From NCBI GenBank assembly GCA_002304425.1, contig NEUY01000001.1, positions 1 to 61,494 of the forward strand: 61,494 bases of DNA. Direction: 5' to 3'. This stretch comes from Opitutia bacterium Tous-C10FEB (GTDB taxonomy: Bacteria; Verrucomicrobiota; Verrucomicrobiia; Opitutales; Opitutaceae). The notes below the pieces were generated by a model. That model was not told the origin of the DNA, did no database searches, and was given only the letters and a program-made list of their open reading frames with translations. How positions within the stretch are numbered: the first letter of the stretch is position 1; the number at the start of each line of letters is the position of its first letter. Below, piece after piece: positions 8,544 through 20,404 of the stretch. A program made the translations under genes and the position numbers.

Positions 8544-9862
8544 GCTTTTGCGGTTGCGGTAGTGACGCTAGCCTTGGAGACCAGAAAATCAAGGGCCTTG
8601 TCGAACATGATCTGCTGCTGAATCGCGCGCAGTTGCTCCCGATCCTTACCGAGATCCTTCATGAGTTTGTCCGGACGCTGACCACCGCGCATCGCTTCGC
8701 GCATGAGCCAATTATTGAAATCCTTCTCATCGACTTTAATTTTCTCCGCCTCGGCGATTTTGGCGAGGATGAGCTGCACCTTAACCCGCGAGACTGCTGC
8801 CTTGGTGGCGCTATCATGGAGTTCCTGCTTATTTTTCTCAAACTGCTCCTGCGGTACGCCGCGGCGCATATTCTCTTCAATAAATTGACGGAGCACGCCA
8901 TCACGCTCGGATGCGATCAAGCTATCTGGCACGGGGAAATTAGCCTGCGCCGTAATCGCATCGGTCACCTGCCGACGCTGCGCGGCACGATTTTCATGCT
9001 CTTTGCGCATTTTCAAGTTGCTGGTGACTTGGGTTTTTAAACCGGGGAGATCATCCACTTGATGTTGCTTGAAAAAGGCCTCGTCCATTGCGGGCAACAC
9101 GCGCTCCCGGACTTCCTGCACCTCAATAGCGTAAGCAACGGCCTTCCCGGCGAGGGCGGGTACGGGGGCGAATTCAGCCGGGAAATTAATGGTGACAGTT
9201 TTCTTGTCCGTCGCCTTTAGCCCAGCGATCTGGGTGGACATACCAGGGAGCAACCCATCGTTGACCCCCTCGACTTCTTCCCAAGTTTGCGGGGCGCTCG
9301 CATAAATTGTTTTATCCGCCACGAGCGCAGTCAACGGTTGCCCGTCCAAGGTGCCCTCATAGCCAAAGCGCACATAGTCACCCTTGGCGGCCGCCCGATC
9401 GGCTACTTTAAAATCAGCCCGTTCAGCCCGGAGGCTCTCAATGACGGTATCAACCTCGGCTTCAGTGGGCTCAGTCGACTGAACCTCTGTCTTCAGACCG
9501 CTATAATCCGGCAGTACAAATTCAGGACGAATATCCACAGTCAACTTGATGGCGGCGGAGAGGCCGGCCTCAATCACGCCCTCCTCCACATCGACGAGCG
9601 AAAGCACCTCAAGTTTAGACTGCTCCAGTCCATCGCGGTAAGCTTTACCAATAACCTTCTGCTTAAACTCATCCTTCAGCTCTTTACCGAAGCGCTTGGC
9701 GACAATCGCCGCAGGCGCCTTGCCGGGACGAAACCCAGGGAGACTAACTTGCCGGGTAAAATCGGCCAAGACGACATTATATTCACCGTCCACCTCGCTC
9801 TTATCGAGGGTGACAGTCAGCGCTTTGCGGGTCTCGTTGATATCGGTAATTTGAACGTTCAC
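8540..9862 (-). CDS. tig: Trigger factor
   Basis: Ribosome-binding signature [13 protein letters not shown]-like middle domain, canonical tig-clpP-clpX order with a 4-nt overlap into clpP. GTG start. Confidence 0.95.
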   Translation of the reverse strand: MNVQITDINETRKALTVTLDKSEVDGEYNVVLADFTRQVSLPGFRPGKAPAAIVAKRFGKELKDEFKQKVIGKAYRDGLEQSKLEVLSLVDVEEGVIEAGLSAAIKLTVDIRPEFVLPDYSGLKTEVQSTEPTEAEVDTVIESLRAERADFKVADRAAAKGDYVRFGYEGTLDGQPLTALVADKTIYASAPQTWEEVEGVNDGLLPGMSTQIAGLKATDKKTVTINFPAEFAPVPALAGKAVAYAIEVQEVRERVLPAMDEAFFKQHQVDDLPGLKTQVTSNLKMRKEHENRAAQRRQVTDAITAQANFPVPDSLIASERDGVLRQFIEENMRRGVPQEQFEKNKQELHDSATKAAVSRVKVQLILAKIAEAEKIKVDEKDFNNWLMREAMRGGQRPDKLMKDLGKDREQLRAIQQQIMFDKALDFLVSKASVTTATAKA

Positions 9863-10008
9863 GGTGTTTAAAATAGGGGGATTTGAAGCGGTAAACCGGC
9901 CAAGCTAGGTCACCCCTCCGCGCACGGTCAATGCCAGATTCCAAATCGCTTAAATGGAGAAACCAAAGTCGACATTCCCACCTGCTCGCCCAAGCTAGCT
10001 TTCGCGTA

Positions 10009-10704
10009 ATGCCTTCACTTCCACAGCTTTTGAGCAATCACGGCCGCCTGCTCGTCCTCGATGCGGCCTCAACCTGCACGCAGGTCGGCATCCTTAGCCC
10101 AACGGCGCCGGCGCTCTGGTCCCAAGTCTCCGAAGAAGCAGGCACCGCGATTTTTATCGCAACGGAAAGCCTGCTGCAAAGGGCGAACTGTTCGCTCAGC
10201 GATATCCGCGCCTTCGTTTTTTGCGCCGGGCCTGGCTCCATGTTAGGCACGCGTACCATCGCCATGGCGCTACGCACCTGGCAAATAATCGCCCCCCAGC
10301 CCATTTATACTTACCAGAGCCTAGCAATCGCGGCGCGCCACGCCTGGACGCAGGCGCACGGCCGCAGCTTCAGCGTTATTGCTGATGCGCGTCGCGACAC
10401 CTGGCATTATCAGCCCATCAACACGGCCGGTGAACTAGCCCCCTTACAACGGCTGCCTGCCGCCGCCCTCCCCTTAGGCGAATGGCTTACGCCCGAAAAT
10501 TTTCGCGCCTGGGCCCTTGCGCCCCGCTCCGCCGCCAATTGCAGCTACGATCTTAGCAAAATTTTCCCCACGCTGGGCGACGGTGATTATTTCACCGCCA
10601 CCGCTGCGCCCGATGCCTTTCAGCATGAAGCACCTGCTTACAAAAAATGGTCGGCGCAGATCCACCAAACGCCGCCACGCACCGCACTAGCCACTGGGCT
10701 TTAA
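10009..10704 (+). CDS. tsaB: tRNA threonylcarbamoyladenosine biosynthesis protein TsaB (M22-like)
   Basis: [14 protein letters not shown] and ADARR motifs. Start placed at MPSLPQLL. Confidence 0.75.
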   Translation: MPSLPQLLSNHGRLLVLDAASTCTQVGILSPTAPALWSQVSEEAGTAIFIATESLLQRANCSLSDIRAFVFCAGPGSMLGTRTIAMALRTWQIIAPQPIYTYQSLAIAARHAWTQAHGRSFSVIADARRDTWHYQPINTAGELAPLQRLPAAALPLGEWLTPENFRAWALAPRSAANCSYDLSKIFPTLGDGDYFTATAAPDAFQHEAPAYKKWSAQIHQTPPRTALATGL

Positions 10705-12062
10705 GGCTTGCCGATCGCAGCCGCGCGAAAACCAATTTTCCGCAGCGCGGCTAGATCAAGAATATTGCGCCCATCATAAATAAAAGCCGGCTTCGGCATA
10801 GCGGCGAAAATTTTGGCGTAATCGAGCGTCTTGAATTCATCCCACTCGGTCACGATCGCAATGGCATGCGCCCCCGCACAAGCAGCATAAGCATCTGCCG
10901 CTACGGTGAGACGCGGGTTAGCTCCCCCCTGACCCAGCGTATCAGCGGTGATTTCATGCGCCGGAACCTTGGGATCATAAACACATACCTTGGCCTGCTC
11001 CGCTAAAAGACTCCGGCAAATATTAATCGCCGCGGACTCGCGCGTATCATTGGTATCTTTCTTAAAAGCAAAACCGAGTACCGCGATTTTCTTGTCCGCG
11101 ACCGTGTTAAATAATTCCTTCACGATCCGATTCGCAAAACGCTGCTTCTGCCAATCATTAATCCCCACCACGCTGGTCCAATAAGCGGCTACTTCGGGCA
11201 GCCCAAAACTTTCGCAGAGATAAGTAAGATTGAGAATGTCTTTCTGAAAGCAAGAGCCCCCAAAGCCCACGGAACTTTTGAGGAATTTTGCGCCGATGCG
11301 GCTATCCTTACCGATGGCATTAGCGACTTCATCGACGTCCGCTCCCGTGGCTTCACAGAGAGCCGAAATAGAATTTATGGAGGAGATGCGTTGCGCCAGA
11401 AACGCGTTGGCCACGAGCTTGGAAAGTTCCGAGGACCAAAGATTGGTGGTGATGATGCGGTCCCGCGCCACCCAGCGAGCGTAGACACTCACCAAGGTCG
11501 CCACCGCGCGATCACCTTCAGGGGTACGCTCGCCGCCGATCAGGACGCGATCGGGATTAGTCAGATCTTTAACGGCGGTGCCTTCCGCGAGAAATTCAGG
11601 ATTAGAGAGTACTTGAAATTTAAGCCCCTTGGAATTGGAAGCAACGATGGCTTGAATCGCATCGGCGGTCTTTACCGGAATGGTGGATTTCTCGACGATA
11701 ATTTTATCGCTTTCGGCGTGCTCGGCGATCGTGCGTGCCACCGATTCGATAAAACGCAAATCGGCCGCCCGCCCCGCCCCTACGCCATAGGATTTCGTCG
11801 GGGTATTTACGGCGACAAAAATAATGTCTGCCCTTTTGATCTCCCCCGCCACATCCGTGGAAAAAAACAAATTACGACCCCTCGCCTGATTTACCACTTC
11901 ATCGAGCCCTGGCTCAAAAATGGGCAACTGGCCAGTATTCCATGCGGCGATCCGTTTGGCGTTCATGTCCACCACCGTTACCGTGATGTCAGGGCATTTC
12001 AGGGCGATCATGGCCATCGTTGGCCCGCCGACATAACCAGCACCAATGCAGCAGATATTCAT
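10701..12062 (-). CDS. ugd: UDP-glucose 6-dehydrogenase
   Basis: [48 protein letters not shown] and [13 protein letters not shown]. Start placed at MNICC. Confidence 0.95.
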   Translation of the reverse strand: MNICCIGAGYVGGPTMAMIALKCPDITVTVVDMNAKRIAAWNTGQLPIFEPGLDEVVNQARGRNLFFSTDVAGEIKRADIIFVAVNTPTKSYGVGAGRAADLRFIESVARTIAEHAESDKIIVEKSTIPVKTADAIQAIVASNSKGLKFQVLSNPEFLAEGTAVKDLTNPDRVLIGGERTPEGDRAVATLVSVYARWVARDRIITTNLWSSELSKLVANAFLAQRISSINSISALCEATGADVDEVANAIGKDSRIGAKFLKSSVGFGGSCFQKDILNLTYLCESFGLPEVAAYWTSVVGINDWQKQRFANRIVKELFNTVADKKIAVLGFAFKKDTNDTRESAAINICRSLLAEQAKVCVYDPKVPAHEITADTLGQGGANPRLTVAADAYAACAGAHAIAIVTEWDEFKTLDYAKIFAAMPKPAFIYDGRNILDLAALRKIGFRAAAIGKP

Positions 12063-12178
12063 AGGGAGAAGCGCAGATTTGTGCCGGTCCCCCGTGATAC
12101 GGCAACCCTCAAATGGATCAAGCAAGGAGCGGCTAACCGACTGAGACCGCCGCGGCCTCTGCCCCCAAGGCCCCGCAT

Positions 12179-12207
12179 AAAAAAAGCCGAGCCCCACGGC
12201 TCGGCTT
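12179..12207 (-). terminator. Rho-independent terminator after ftsH
   Basis: Minus strand AAGCCGAGCCGTGGGGCTCGGC-TTTTTTT, just after the ftsH stop. Confidence 0.85.
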
Positions 12208-12230
12208 GAAATTAATAACGGCGAATATTT

Positions 12231-14240
12231 TCAAGCCGGGATAGGCGCAACCGTACCGCCGGTACTGGTAGACTCCGGCGCGGCTGGTGTTTCCACCGAC
12301 TGGGCTGCCTCCACGGCTAGCTTGGGTGGCTTAGCACTGACGATCGGCGTGCGAATCTCTCCGTGCTGAATAATTTCCAACACATGTTTGCCTTCGATCG
12401 TCTCGTGTTCGAGCAAGGCCGCCCCGATTTTGTCCAAGGAGCCACGATTATCCGCGATGATCTGCTGCGCGCGGGTGTACTGCGCATGTAAAATCCCAGA
12501 AATAGCTAAATCTATTTTCCGCGCGGTATCCTCACTCACATGCTGAGAACGCGTGATGTCGCGCCCCAAAAATACGGTGTCCTGATTTTCACCCATCGCC
12601 ACGGGACCAAGTTCGCTCATGCCATAATCACAGACCATCGCACGCGCAATGCGGGTGGCCTGCTTGAGATCGCCGTAGACGCCATTACTAAAATCACCAG
12701 TCACCATTTCCTCCGCAATGCGTCCGCCCATCGCCATCGCGATTTGGTTGAGCAATTTCTTTTTGGGCTGCGTCAAAATATCCTTCGTCGGCAAATAGGT
12801 CGTGCTGCCTAAACTTTGCCCACGCGGAATAATCGTTACTTTATGCACCGGCATGGTGCCGTCATCGAGGACCGCCTGGACAATCGCGTGACCCGCTTCA
12901 TGCCAAGCCACAAGACGCTTCTCGGCGTCATCCATCACGCGACGACGTTCGCGGCCCCATAACACTTTATCGCGAGCCTCATCGATATCAGTCATCTCTA
13001 CTTTCTTTTTACCACGACGCGCGGCCAGTAAGGCGGCTTCGTTCAATAGATTGGCTAACTCAGCACCCGACAAACCCGGGGTGCCGCGCGCGATAATCGC
13101 GAGCTCCACATTCTCCGAAAGCGAAATTTTTCGCGCATGCACGCGCAAAATTTGTTCCCGTCCAATAATGTCGGGCAGATCAATGTAAACTTGCCGATCA
13201 AAGCGACCCGGGCGCAACAAGGCGCTATCGAGCACGTCCGGACGATTCGTAGCGGCGATGATGATGACCCCTTCTTGCGTTTCGAAACCATCCATCTCCA
13301 CGAGCAGGGAGTTAAGCGTCTGCTCGCGTTCATCGTTACCACCGCCCAAACCGGCGCCGCGTTGGCGGCCAACGGCATCAATTTCATCGATAAAAATCAA
13401 GCAAGGGGCGTTTTTGCGACCCTGCTCGAACATGTCGCGCACGCGACTCGCGCCAACGCCGACAAACATCTCCACGAAATCTGAACCACTGATAGAGAAG
13501 AAGGGCACATCAGCCTCGCCAGCAATCGCCTTGGCGAGGAGCGTCTTGCCCGTACCAGGAGGCCCAACCATGAGAATGCCCTTCGGAATACGGCCACCGA
13601 TTTTCTGGAATTTCTTAGGCTCTTTCAGGAAATCGACCACTTCGCTCACCTCTTCCTTGGCCTCATCGCAGCCGGCGACATCGGTAAAATTAATGCGATC
13701 TTTCTCCCGGGTAAGCATTTTCGCGCGGCTCTTACCAAAGCTGAGCGCGCCCTTCCCTGCTTGGCGCAGTTGCCGCACAAATAGGAAATAAAGTAAGCCA
13801 ATCACAATCACAAATGGGAGTACCTGCCCGAGCAGGTTCATCATCGCGGTTGTAGCGGGCCTTTCGATAAAGGCCTGGGACTTCTGCAGTCGCTCTAAAT
13901 TAGGATCAGTCAGCCAACCGGTCGCAATAAAAGCCTTAGTCGAACCAATTTCATTACGAAGAGTGGCCTCCTTGAGATTACCGGTCACTTCAAACCAATT
14001 GCGGCCCCCGGTGGCATCACTGCGAATGGCGCCCTCGGCGATCTTCCCTTGCTCGGCTAATTCCACAATCTGTTGGATCTTTAGTGTGGCGGGCTGAGGG
14101 GCGCGGGCTGGATTAAACCACAACATCGCGACCAAAATACCGATGCCAGTCACCCAGAAAACGATCATCTTGACCGGAAAAACTTCTGGGGGGCTACTTT
14201 TGAGGGGACGGCGCTTCTTATTGTCTTCTTGGTCGGACAT
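12231..14240 (-). CDS. ftsH: ATP-dependent zinc metalloprotease FtsH
   Basis: Two TM segments, [40 protein letters not shown] and HEAGH. Confidence 0.98.
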   Translation of the reverse strand: MSDQEDNKKRRPLKSSPPEVFPVKMIVFWVTGIGILVAMLWFNPARAPQPATLKIQQIVELAEQGKIAEGAIRSDATGGRNWFEVTGNLKEATLRNEIGSTKAFIATGWLTDPNLERLQKSQAFIERPATTAMMNLLGQVLPFVIVIGLLYFLFVRQLRQAGKGALSFGKSRAKMLTREKDRINFTDVAGCDEAKEEVSEVVDFLKEPKKFQKIGGRIPKGILMVGPPGTGKTLLAKAIAGEADVPFFSISGSDFVEMFVGVGASRVRDMFEQGRKNAPCLIFIDEIDAVGRQRGAGLGGGNDEREQTLNSLLVEMDGFETQEGVIIIAATNRPDVLDSALLRPGRFDRQVYIDLPDIIGREQILRVHARKISLSENVELAIIARGTPGLSGAELANLLNEAALLAARRGKKKVEMTDIDEARDKVLWGRERRRVMDDAEKRLVAWHEAGHAIVQAVLDDGTMPVHKVTIIPRGQSLGSTTYLPTKDILTQPKKKLLNQIAMAMGGRIAEEMVTGDFSNGVYGDLKQATRIARAMVCDYGMSELGPVAMGENQDTVFLGRDITRSQHVSEDTARKIDLAISGILHAQYTRAQQIIADNRGSLDKIGAALLEHETIEGKHVLEIIQHGEIRTPIVSAKPPKLAVEAAQSVETPAAPESTSTGGTVAPIPA

Positions 14241-14352
14241 GGAGGAGTGAGATAGTCGAACACCGTGTAGGTTCCCTCCGAATAAGTCAAACGCACCGAA
14301 ATTGAATTTCTAATTCATTTTCCATCACCGCCGAAGCCAGCTCAACTGCGCC

Positions 14353-15378
14353 TTAGCCGTACTGGGAGAATAATTTACCCTGCCGGATGACCGCAAAGCT
14401 TTTTGTGCCCAAGCTGAAACGCGTCGGCTGCCCCCGCTCGACGGCGGCCAGTAAACCCTCAAATCCTTGACGCGAAAGATCCGCGGGGCGCTTTTGCGCC
14501 AGCAACCAATGATGCAAAGCTCGCCGTACGACCGCCCGCGGCAGTCCAGCAAGGACGCGCAACGACAATTGCCGATCGCGGCCCAGCGCCGCCAAGCTTT
14601 CCACCCAAGACTCTAAGGCCACGTCATCCTCTTCGAGGCGCTCCCGCGCCAACGCCGCTCCCGCGAGGGCATCGCGTTCGGCGGCCTGGCTCCACGCGGG
14701 GAGCACATCGTGGCGAATCCGGTTGCGAAAATAATCACGCCCCGCGTTCGAAGCATCCTCGCGCCACTTAACGCCTGCCTGGCTCAAGACCGAGAGCAGC
14801 TCAGTTTTTTTAAGCGTCAATAAAGGCCGTACAAAGTGCCGACCATCGCCAGTGGCCGCCACCGGTCGCGGAGCGGCGAGCCCACCGGTGCCACTCCCCC
14901 GCGCGAGTCGCATTAAGATACTCTCAGCAATATCATCCTGTTGATGAGCTAACCAGAGGGCACCGCTGCCCGACCGTTGCATGGCTTGGGCAAAAAACTT
15001 CTGCCGCGCGGCGCGGGCCTCCGCTTCGCTCGCCCCCTGATGCTGCCCCCGCCAGCGCCCCACCACCAGCTTGACTCGCAAAGCCGCACACACGCGGCGG
15101 CAGTATTTTTCATCGGCCTCGGCGGCTCGTCCTCTCAGCCGGTGATTAAAATGCAAGGCCACCAACTGCGCCCGCCGCTCCGGCCAATGGGCCCACAACA
15201 CCAACAGCAACGCGAGCGAGTCAGCACCACCGGAAAATGCTACGCTCCAGATCTCTGACGGCCGGCGCCGCTGGGCCCAGGCCATTACACCGGAATGTAG
15301 CTGGTTCGGCGCAATGAGTCCACCCACCAACGCCGCTTGAGCCAGCCAGCCGCGAGGGGACGTTTGCTTGCGTGTCAT
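14353..15378 (-). CDS. tilS: tRNA(Ile)-lysidine synthetase
   Basis: PP-loop SGGADS, HFNH.LRG, AHQQDD.AE, RPLL and D.SN....F.RNRIR. Lies upstream of ftsH. Confidence 0.92.
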   Translation of the reverse strand: MTRKQTSPRGWLAQAALVGGLIAPNQLHSGVMAWAQRRRPSEIWSVAFSGGADSLALLLVLWAHWPERRAQLVALHFNHRLRGRAAEADEKYCRRVCAALRVKLVVGRWRGQHQGASEAEARAARQKFFAQAMQRSGSGALWLAHQQDDIAESILMRLARGSGTGGLAAPRPVAATGDGRHFVRPLLTLKKTELLSVLSQAGVKWREDASNAGRDYFRNRIRHDVLPAWSQAAERDALAGAALARERLEEDDVALESWVESLAALGRDRQLSLRVLAGLPRAVVRRALHHWLLAQKRPADLSRQGFEGLLAAVERGQPTRFSLGTKSFAVIRQGKLFSQYG

Positions 15379-15415
15379 TACTTCAGGAACCAGCGGCCCA
15401 CGGCGCGCCCGACGC

Positions 15416-16687
15416 TCAGTTAAAACTTAAATGCTCCTTCCCAAAATAGGGCACCAGCACCGTTGGAATTTTTACCCGGCCATCGGCTTGAAGGTTATTC
15501 TCTAATAAAGCAGCCAGCACGCGCGGTACCGCTAGGCCCGAACCGTTTAAAGTGTGCACCAATTCGGGTTTACCCGTTTCCTTGCTGCGGTAGCGGATCT
15601 GCGCCCGGCGCGCTTGGAAGGCTTCAAAATTCGAGCAACTCGAAACCTCGAGCCAGCGCTTTTGCCCCGCCGCCCAAACTTCCAAATCGTATTTCTTCGA
15701 TTGAGAAAAACCCAAATCTCCCCCGCACATCAGTAAGACGCGATAAGGCAACTCGAGCTTTTGCAACAAGCGCTCAGCGTCCGCGCGGAGTAGCTCCAAC
15801 TCAGCATAACTGGTCGTCGGGTGCACCCACTTGAGCAATTCAACTTTATCAAATTGATGCACGCGATTGAGCCCGCGAACATCTTTGCCATAACTACCCG
15901 CTTCGCGGCGAAAACAGGGCGTATAAGCGCAGCGGCAAACAGGCAGCACCGCTTCCTCTAAAATTTCGTCGCGGAAAAAATTGGTCAACGGCACTTCCGC
16001 GGTCGGCACCGCATAAAGTTTATCGGGGGTCGTTTCATACATTTGCCCTTCTTTATCGGGCAGTTGGCCCGTCGCCGTGGCACTCGCCGCATTAACGAAG
16101 ATCGGCGGGCTCACTTCCGTGTAACCAGCCTTGACGTCTTCATCTAAGAAAAACTGCAGCAACGAGCGCGACAATTTAGCGGCATCGCCAATTAAAAAAG
16201 GAAAGCCGGCGCCGGTGACCTTCGCGCCGCGGGCAAAGTCGATCAGTTGAGCAAAGCCGGGGATTTCCCAGTGCGGCAATGCATGCGGCGAAACCGCGGT
16301 GATCGCACCATGGGTGGCGAAGACCTGATTCTCCTCGGACGTGCGTCCCTCCGGCACACTGGCGTGCGGCAGATTAGGCACCGACAACATCGCCGTGTGT
16401 AATTTCTCCTCCGTATGTTTCAGACTCTCGTCCTTGGCTTTGATCTCGATGGAAATGACCTTCATCTCTTGGACCTTCGCCAAAAAAGCGGGCGTTCCTT
16501 TCGGCATGGCGGCCATCTCATTGTTAGCGGCCTTTTGCTGAGAACGTAAGGTCTCCACTTCAGTTAACAGCATGCGCCACGCGGTATCGAGGGCCAGCAC
16601 CTCCGCTAGGTCCACGGCCAAGTGCTTCTTGGCAATGGCGGCACGGACGACGTCAGGCGTTTCACGAAGGATGCGAGGATCAAGCAT
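15416..16687 (-). CDS. serS: Serine--tRNA ligase
   Basis: N-terminal coiled coil, TGQLP, PTAEVP, FRREAG, RVHQFDKVE, EVSSCSN and TLNGSGLA. Confidence 0.98.
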   Translation of the reverse strand: MLDPRILRETPDVVRAAIAKKHLAVDLAEVLALDTAWRMLLTEVETLRSQQKAANNEMAAMPKGTPAFLAKVQEMKVISIEIKAKDESLKHTEEKLHTAMLSVPNLPHASVPEGRTSEENQVFATHGAITAVSPHALPHWEIPGFAQLIDFARGAKVTGAGFPFLIGDAAKLSRSLLQFFLDEDVKAGYTEVSPPIFVNAASATATGQLPDKEGQMYETTPDKLYAVPTAEVPLTNFFRDEILEEAVLPVCRCAYTPCFRREAGSYGKDVRGLNRVHQFDKVELLKWVHPTTSYAELELLRADAERLLQKLELPYRVLLMCGGDLGFSQSKKYDLEVWAAGQKRWLEVSSCSNFEAFQARRAQIRYRSKETGKPELVHTLNGSGLAVPRVLAALLENNLQADGRVKIPTVLVPYFGKEHLSFN

Positions 16688-16747
16688 GGGACGTAAAGTT
16701 GAAGGCGATTCACCGCCCTTGAACAGGCTAAATTTAACCGTCGTCAG

Positions 16748-17707
16748 CTAGCGGCGCGCATAAGCAGTCTCGATCCGATGGAATAAGTGAAAGACTTCCT
16801 TCGCCGACAAGAGCTTGAGGTCCCCCACGGGCGCCTGAATCGCATAATTCTTCGGATGCTTCAGCGGGTAAGGTCCGGAAATTTGGGGATCAGTGGGGCC
16901 AAAAAGACCAATCGTCTTAAAGCCCATCGCCGCGGACAAGTGCAGCGGGCCGCTATCATTTGAAATAATCCAATCGGCCTTCGCCAACAGGGCCGGCAAC
17001 GAGGTCAGACTCGTATTGCCCGTCAGATTAATAAAGGTGCCGTCGGGGAATATTTCTTTGCACGGCAGGTAATGATTCCCCGCCCACACGACCTTGCGAC
17101 CAGCTTCGCGAATCAGGAGCGCGGCCAGTTGGCTATACCCATTCCATTTCTTATTCATCTGCCCGCTATCCGGAAACATGAGCACGGGCGGCAAGCCCTT
17201 GCGCGTTTCCATAAAAGCCAAATTGAGTCGCTCCAATTCTCGGAAGCGCAGGGGCCCCGCCAAACGTGGCTCCGCGCCCACCACTGTGCAAAACTGGAGC
17301 AATTGATCGAGTCCGTGGCTGTGGCTGCCAGCCGGCGGCAACGCAACTTTCTCCCGATAAAAAAATCCGGCGCCTTCACGCGCATCCGCCCGCCCCACTT
17401 TCCGGCGCCCTCGGCTCCACTGGGTCATTAAGCCGGTGCGCAATAAACCCTGCAGATCGAGCACGAGGTCGAATTTTTTTTGCCGAACCTCACGCATCAA
17501 ACGCCAAAAACCTCGCAGGCCACCCTCGCGGCGAAAAACATAAATCTGATCAACCGCCGCACAAGAACGGACCAACGGCGAAAAAATATCCCGAACGATC
17601 CAGGAAATGCGCCACTCCGGACGCTGCGCCTTAATCGACGTCGCCACTTGCAATCCGTGAACGATGTCACGCAGCGCGGAGGGTTTGATGATGAGCATTT
17701 CGGGCAT
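16748..17707 (-). CDS. Glycosyltransferase family 9 (LPS heptosyltransferase-like)
   Basis: IIKPSALRDIVH, DLQGLLR, K.W, and NDSGPLH...A...LFGPT. Confidence 0.88.
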   Translation of the reverse strand: MPEMLIIKPSALRDIVHGLQVATSIKAQRPEWRISWIVRDIFSPLVRSCAAVDQIYVFRREGGLRGFWRLMREVRQKKFDLVLDLQGLLRTGLMTQWSRGRRKVGRADAREGAGFFYREKVALPPAGSHSHGLDQLLQFCTVVGAEPRLAGPLRFRELERLNLAFMETRKGLPPVLMFPDSGQMNKKWNGYSQLAALLIREAGRKVVWAGNHYLPCKEIFPDGTFINLTGNTSLTSLPALLAKADWIISNDSGPLHLSAAMGFKTIGLFGPTDPQISGPYPLKHPKNYAIQAPVGDLKLLSAKEVFHLFHRIETAYARR

Positions 17708-17850
17708 AACTAAAAGAGAAAGACCCTACGGCTAGGGCGACGTTACTAAGATTAGAACCCAAGTTAGAAATGCAAATCTGAACGAGACGCCTCAACGAGA
17801 GACGCTCGCCCCACCCCCGATCCTCGCACCAATGAGGCCGCCCCCACGCC

Positions 17851-18807
17851 TCAACCGCGCGCGAGCAACTCATTTAGGGCAGCGAACACGGTCGCGGCCT
17901 CCAATTGAGCGAGCTGACCACCGGGCGCCTCGACTGCGCGATGCTTTTGCGCAGTGAGGGGGAAAGGTCCAAACCGCTCCGGAGAAGTTGGTCCAAAAAT
18001 TGCCAGCACCCGATTGCCCGAAGCCGCGGATAAATGCATGGGACCGCTGTCGTTGCCGATGAAGGTCGCCGGTTGGCGCACGAGCGCGATCATTTCCGCC
18101 AACGGACACCCCGTCAGGTTAAGAAAACGTCCCGCCGGCACGGCTAGCTTCGGCTGGGTCGCCTGGCCAGCGCACCACACCACGCGGCTCGCAGGGATGA
18201 GTTGGAAAATGAGGGCCGTGAGTTCATCAAAATGCGGCCATTGTTTTTCCGCCCCGCGGCTGTCCGTAAAAATCACAAAGGTCTGGCGCGGCTCATCCCG
18301 AAAAAAATCCTGCCAAATAAATCTTGGGCCAGCGCGTAGCTCCAACGGAAAATCTACGCGTGGCGTCACCCCAGCTACCCGGAGAAATTCCTGTAATATA
18401 GCGAGCGCGTGATGCGGTCCGTGGCCGCCGGGCCGGGCGACGCGGTGATGGTAAAAGAAACCCGCCCCTTCCCGCGCGTCCGCGCGACCCCATTTGGCGG
18501 GCGACCGGACCGCTGCGGTCATTAGGCCGGAGCGCAACAAACCTTGCAGATCCCAGACGGCATCAAAGTGCCTTTGGCGCAGCGTGCGCAAGAGACCCAA
18601 AAACACGCGCCAACCATCACGGCGGCGAAAAATAATAACCTCATGCACAAAAGGTGCCGCCTGCACTAATCCAGCGAAGCGCTCCCGCACCACCCAAGTG
18701 ATGCGCCACGTCGGTTGCGCACGCGCTAAAGTCTGCACCACCTGCAGGGCATGCACGATATCACCAAGCGAGGAGGGTTTGATAACAAGCAGGGATTTCA
18801 CGCGCAA
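17851..18807 (-). CDS. Glycosyltransferase family 9 (WaaC-like heptosyltransferase)
   Basis: IKPSSLGDIVH, DLQGLLRSG, KQWP and GNDSGPMH...IFGPT. The start may be the GTG at 18801. Confidence 0.88.
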   Translation of the reverse strand: MRVKSLLVIKPSSLGDIVHALQVVQTLARAQPTWRITWVVRERFAGLVQAAPFVHEVIIFRRRDGWRVFLGLLRTLRQRHFDAVWDLQGLLRSGLMTAAVRSPAKWGRADAREGAGFFYHHRVARPGGHGPHHALAILQEFLRVAGVTPRVDFPLELRAGPRFIWQDFFRDEPRQTFVIFTDSRGAEKQWPHFDELTALIFQLIPASRVVWCAGQATQPKLAVPAGRFLNLTGCPLAEMIALVRQPATFIGNDSGPMHLSAASGNRVLAIFGPTSPERFGPFPLTAQKHRAVEAPGGQLAQLEAATVFAALNELLARG

Positions 18808-18863
18808 GAATTCGCAGGCTTGTGTCTGGCGCGCTTTTCTTCAACTCCATTTACCTGCTAACC

Positions 18864-19463
18864 ATGAAATTCGACGCTCAGGATATAGCGGCCCGGCAAA
18901 CTGAACTCACCGCGCAGTGGCATCAAGTCACCCCCGCTGCGACCGGGGCCGGCTTCGGCCGCCTCCTAGAGGAGAATCATCTGCGCAATTTTTCGCTGTG
19001 GCATGAAGAAGATATCGCGCGGCGTGATGATCTCGGCTTCGAACGCGTCTACCAAGCCAAGCGAAATATCGACCGCTTTAATCAAGAGCGAAATAATTTT
19101 GCCGAAGAAATGGACAAGGCGATTGTCGCCGCGCTCACCCCCCCGACGACAGGGTGCCCACGCAATTCCGAAACCCCAGGCATGATGATCGATCGCCTCT
19201 CCATTCTGGCGCTCAAAGAATTTCACATGCAGGAAGAAACCGTCCGCGCCGAAGCCTCGGCCGCCCATCGCGAAAAATGCGCCGAAAAACTGGCGCGCAT
19301 TCGCCAGCAACGGGGTGACCTCAGAACTTGCCTCGCGGACCTACTCGCCGACGTGGTCGCGGGCCGGCGCACCTTCTCAGCTTATTTCCAGTTCAAAATG
19401 TATAATGATCCCACCTTGAACCCGCAGCTCTACCGCCAACCGCCTCAATCCGGCCGCGCATGA
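18864..19463 (+). CDS. DUF4254-like protein
   Basis: LWHEED.AR, KR.ID..NQ.R, SETPG..IDRLSIL.LK..HM and QFKMYNDP.LNP.LY match my recollection of this family, which is often found beside GT9 genes. Confidence 0.7.
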   Translation: MKFDAQDIAARQTELTAQWHQVTPAATGAGFGRLLEENHLRNFSLWHEEDIARRDDLGFERVYQAKRNIDRFNQERNNFAEEMDKAIVAALTPPTTGCPRNSETPGMMIDRLSILALKEFHMQEETVRAEASAAHREKCAEKLARIRQQRGDLRTCLADLLADVVAGRRTFSAYFQFKMYNDPTLNPQLYRQPPQSGRA

Positions 19464-20374
19464 GTCGCGTGAGTGCGCAACCCCGCCTTTGGTTTCCACA
19501 ACATTGGCCCATGTGGCTAGCTTTGGGATTTTTATGGCTCACGGATAAATTGCCCTGGCCAGAAAAACGCTGGCTGGCGCGGCGCTTGGGCTGGTTGGTG
19601 TTTAACATTATCTGTATTCGTCGCCGCATCGTTTTCACCAATTTGCGCCTCTGTTATCCGACGGCCACGACCGCGCAGATTACCGCGCTGGCCCGGGCGC
19701 ACTATGATTCCCTCGCCCTGGGACTTTTTGAAATTTGCGCCGGCTGGTGGGCAAAAACTTCCGCGCTGCCGCCGCATCGAGTCATCGGTCATGCCCATTT
19801 GCAGGCGGCGCTCGCTCGCGGCCATGGCGTCATTCTGCTCACCGGCCACTTTACAACGCTCGAAATCGGCGGGCGGTTCATGTCGGAATCACACCAAATG
19901 GGCGGACTCTACCGCGATCCCAACAACCCGGTCGTCGCGCACCTGATGCGTGGTCAACGCGCTCGGCACATGTCCCCCGCCGTTCACTTCGACGATCTCC
20001 GCGGCCTCATCCGAGCTTTGCGCGCGAACGCCGCGATTTGGTACGCGCCCGATCAGGGCAAGCGGAGTAAGTCATCGGAAATTTTACCCTTCTTTGGCGT
20101 GCCCGCGATCACCAACACCGCCACGAGCAAGATTGCGGAGATGACCGGAGCGGCGGTCGTTCCCTTTTTCTTGAAACGCGAAGCTGATCATACTTACACG
20201 CTGACTATTCACCCGCCGCTCGAAAATTTCCCCACGGCTGATGCCAACGCTGACGCCCTGCGCATCAATCAACTTCTCGAAAATAATATCCGGCTCTGCC
20301 CCGAACAATACTTCTGGGTGCACAAACGCTTTAAGGCTCGCGGCCCTGACTACCCCGATGTTTATGCGGCCTAG
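19460..20374 (+). CDS. Lipid A secondary acyltransferase (LpxL/HtrB family)
   Basis: N-terminal anchor, H-x4-E motif HFTTLE, YAPDQ, PFFG..A and PEQYFWVHKRFK. Confidence 0.9.
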   Translation: MSRVSAQPRLWFPQHWPMWLALGFLWLTDKLPWPEKRWLARRLGWLVFNIICIRRRIVFTNLRLCYPTATTAQITALARAHYDSLALGLFEICAGWWAKTSALPPHRVIGHAHLQAALARGHGVILLTGHFTTLEIGGRFMSESHQMGGLYRDPNNPVVAHLMRGQRARHMSPAVHFDDLRGLIRALRANAAIWYAPDQGKRSKSSEILPFFGVPAITNTATSKIAEMTGAAVVPFFLKREADHTYTLTIHPPLENFPTADANADALRINQLLENNIRLCPEQYFWVHKRFKARGPDYPDVYAA

Positions 20375-20404
20375 TCGGTTGGCGGCACCATTGGTATTTT
20401 TGCT

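Noticed and set aside
11391-12209. 272-aa plus-strand ORF opposite ugd
   Set aside because: Shadow ORF that also runs through the ftsH terminator, with no family features.
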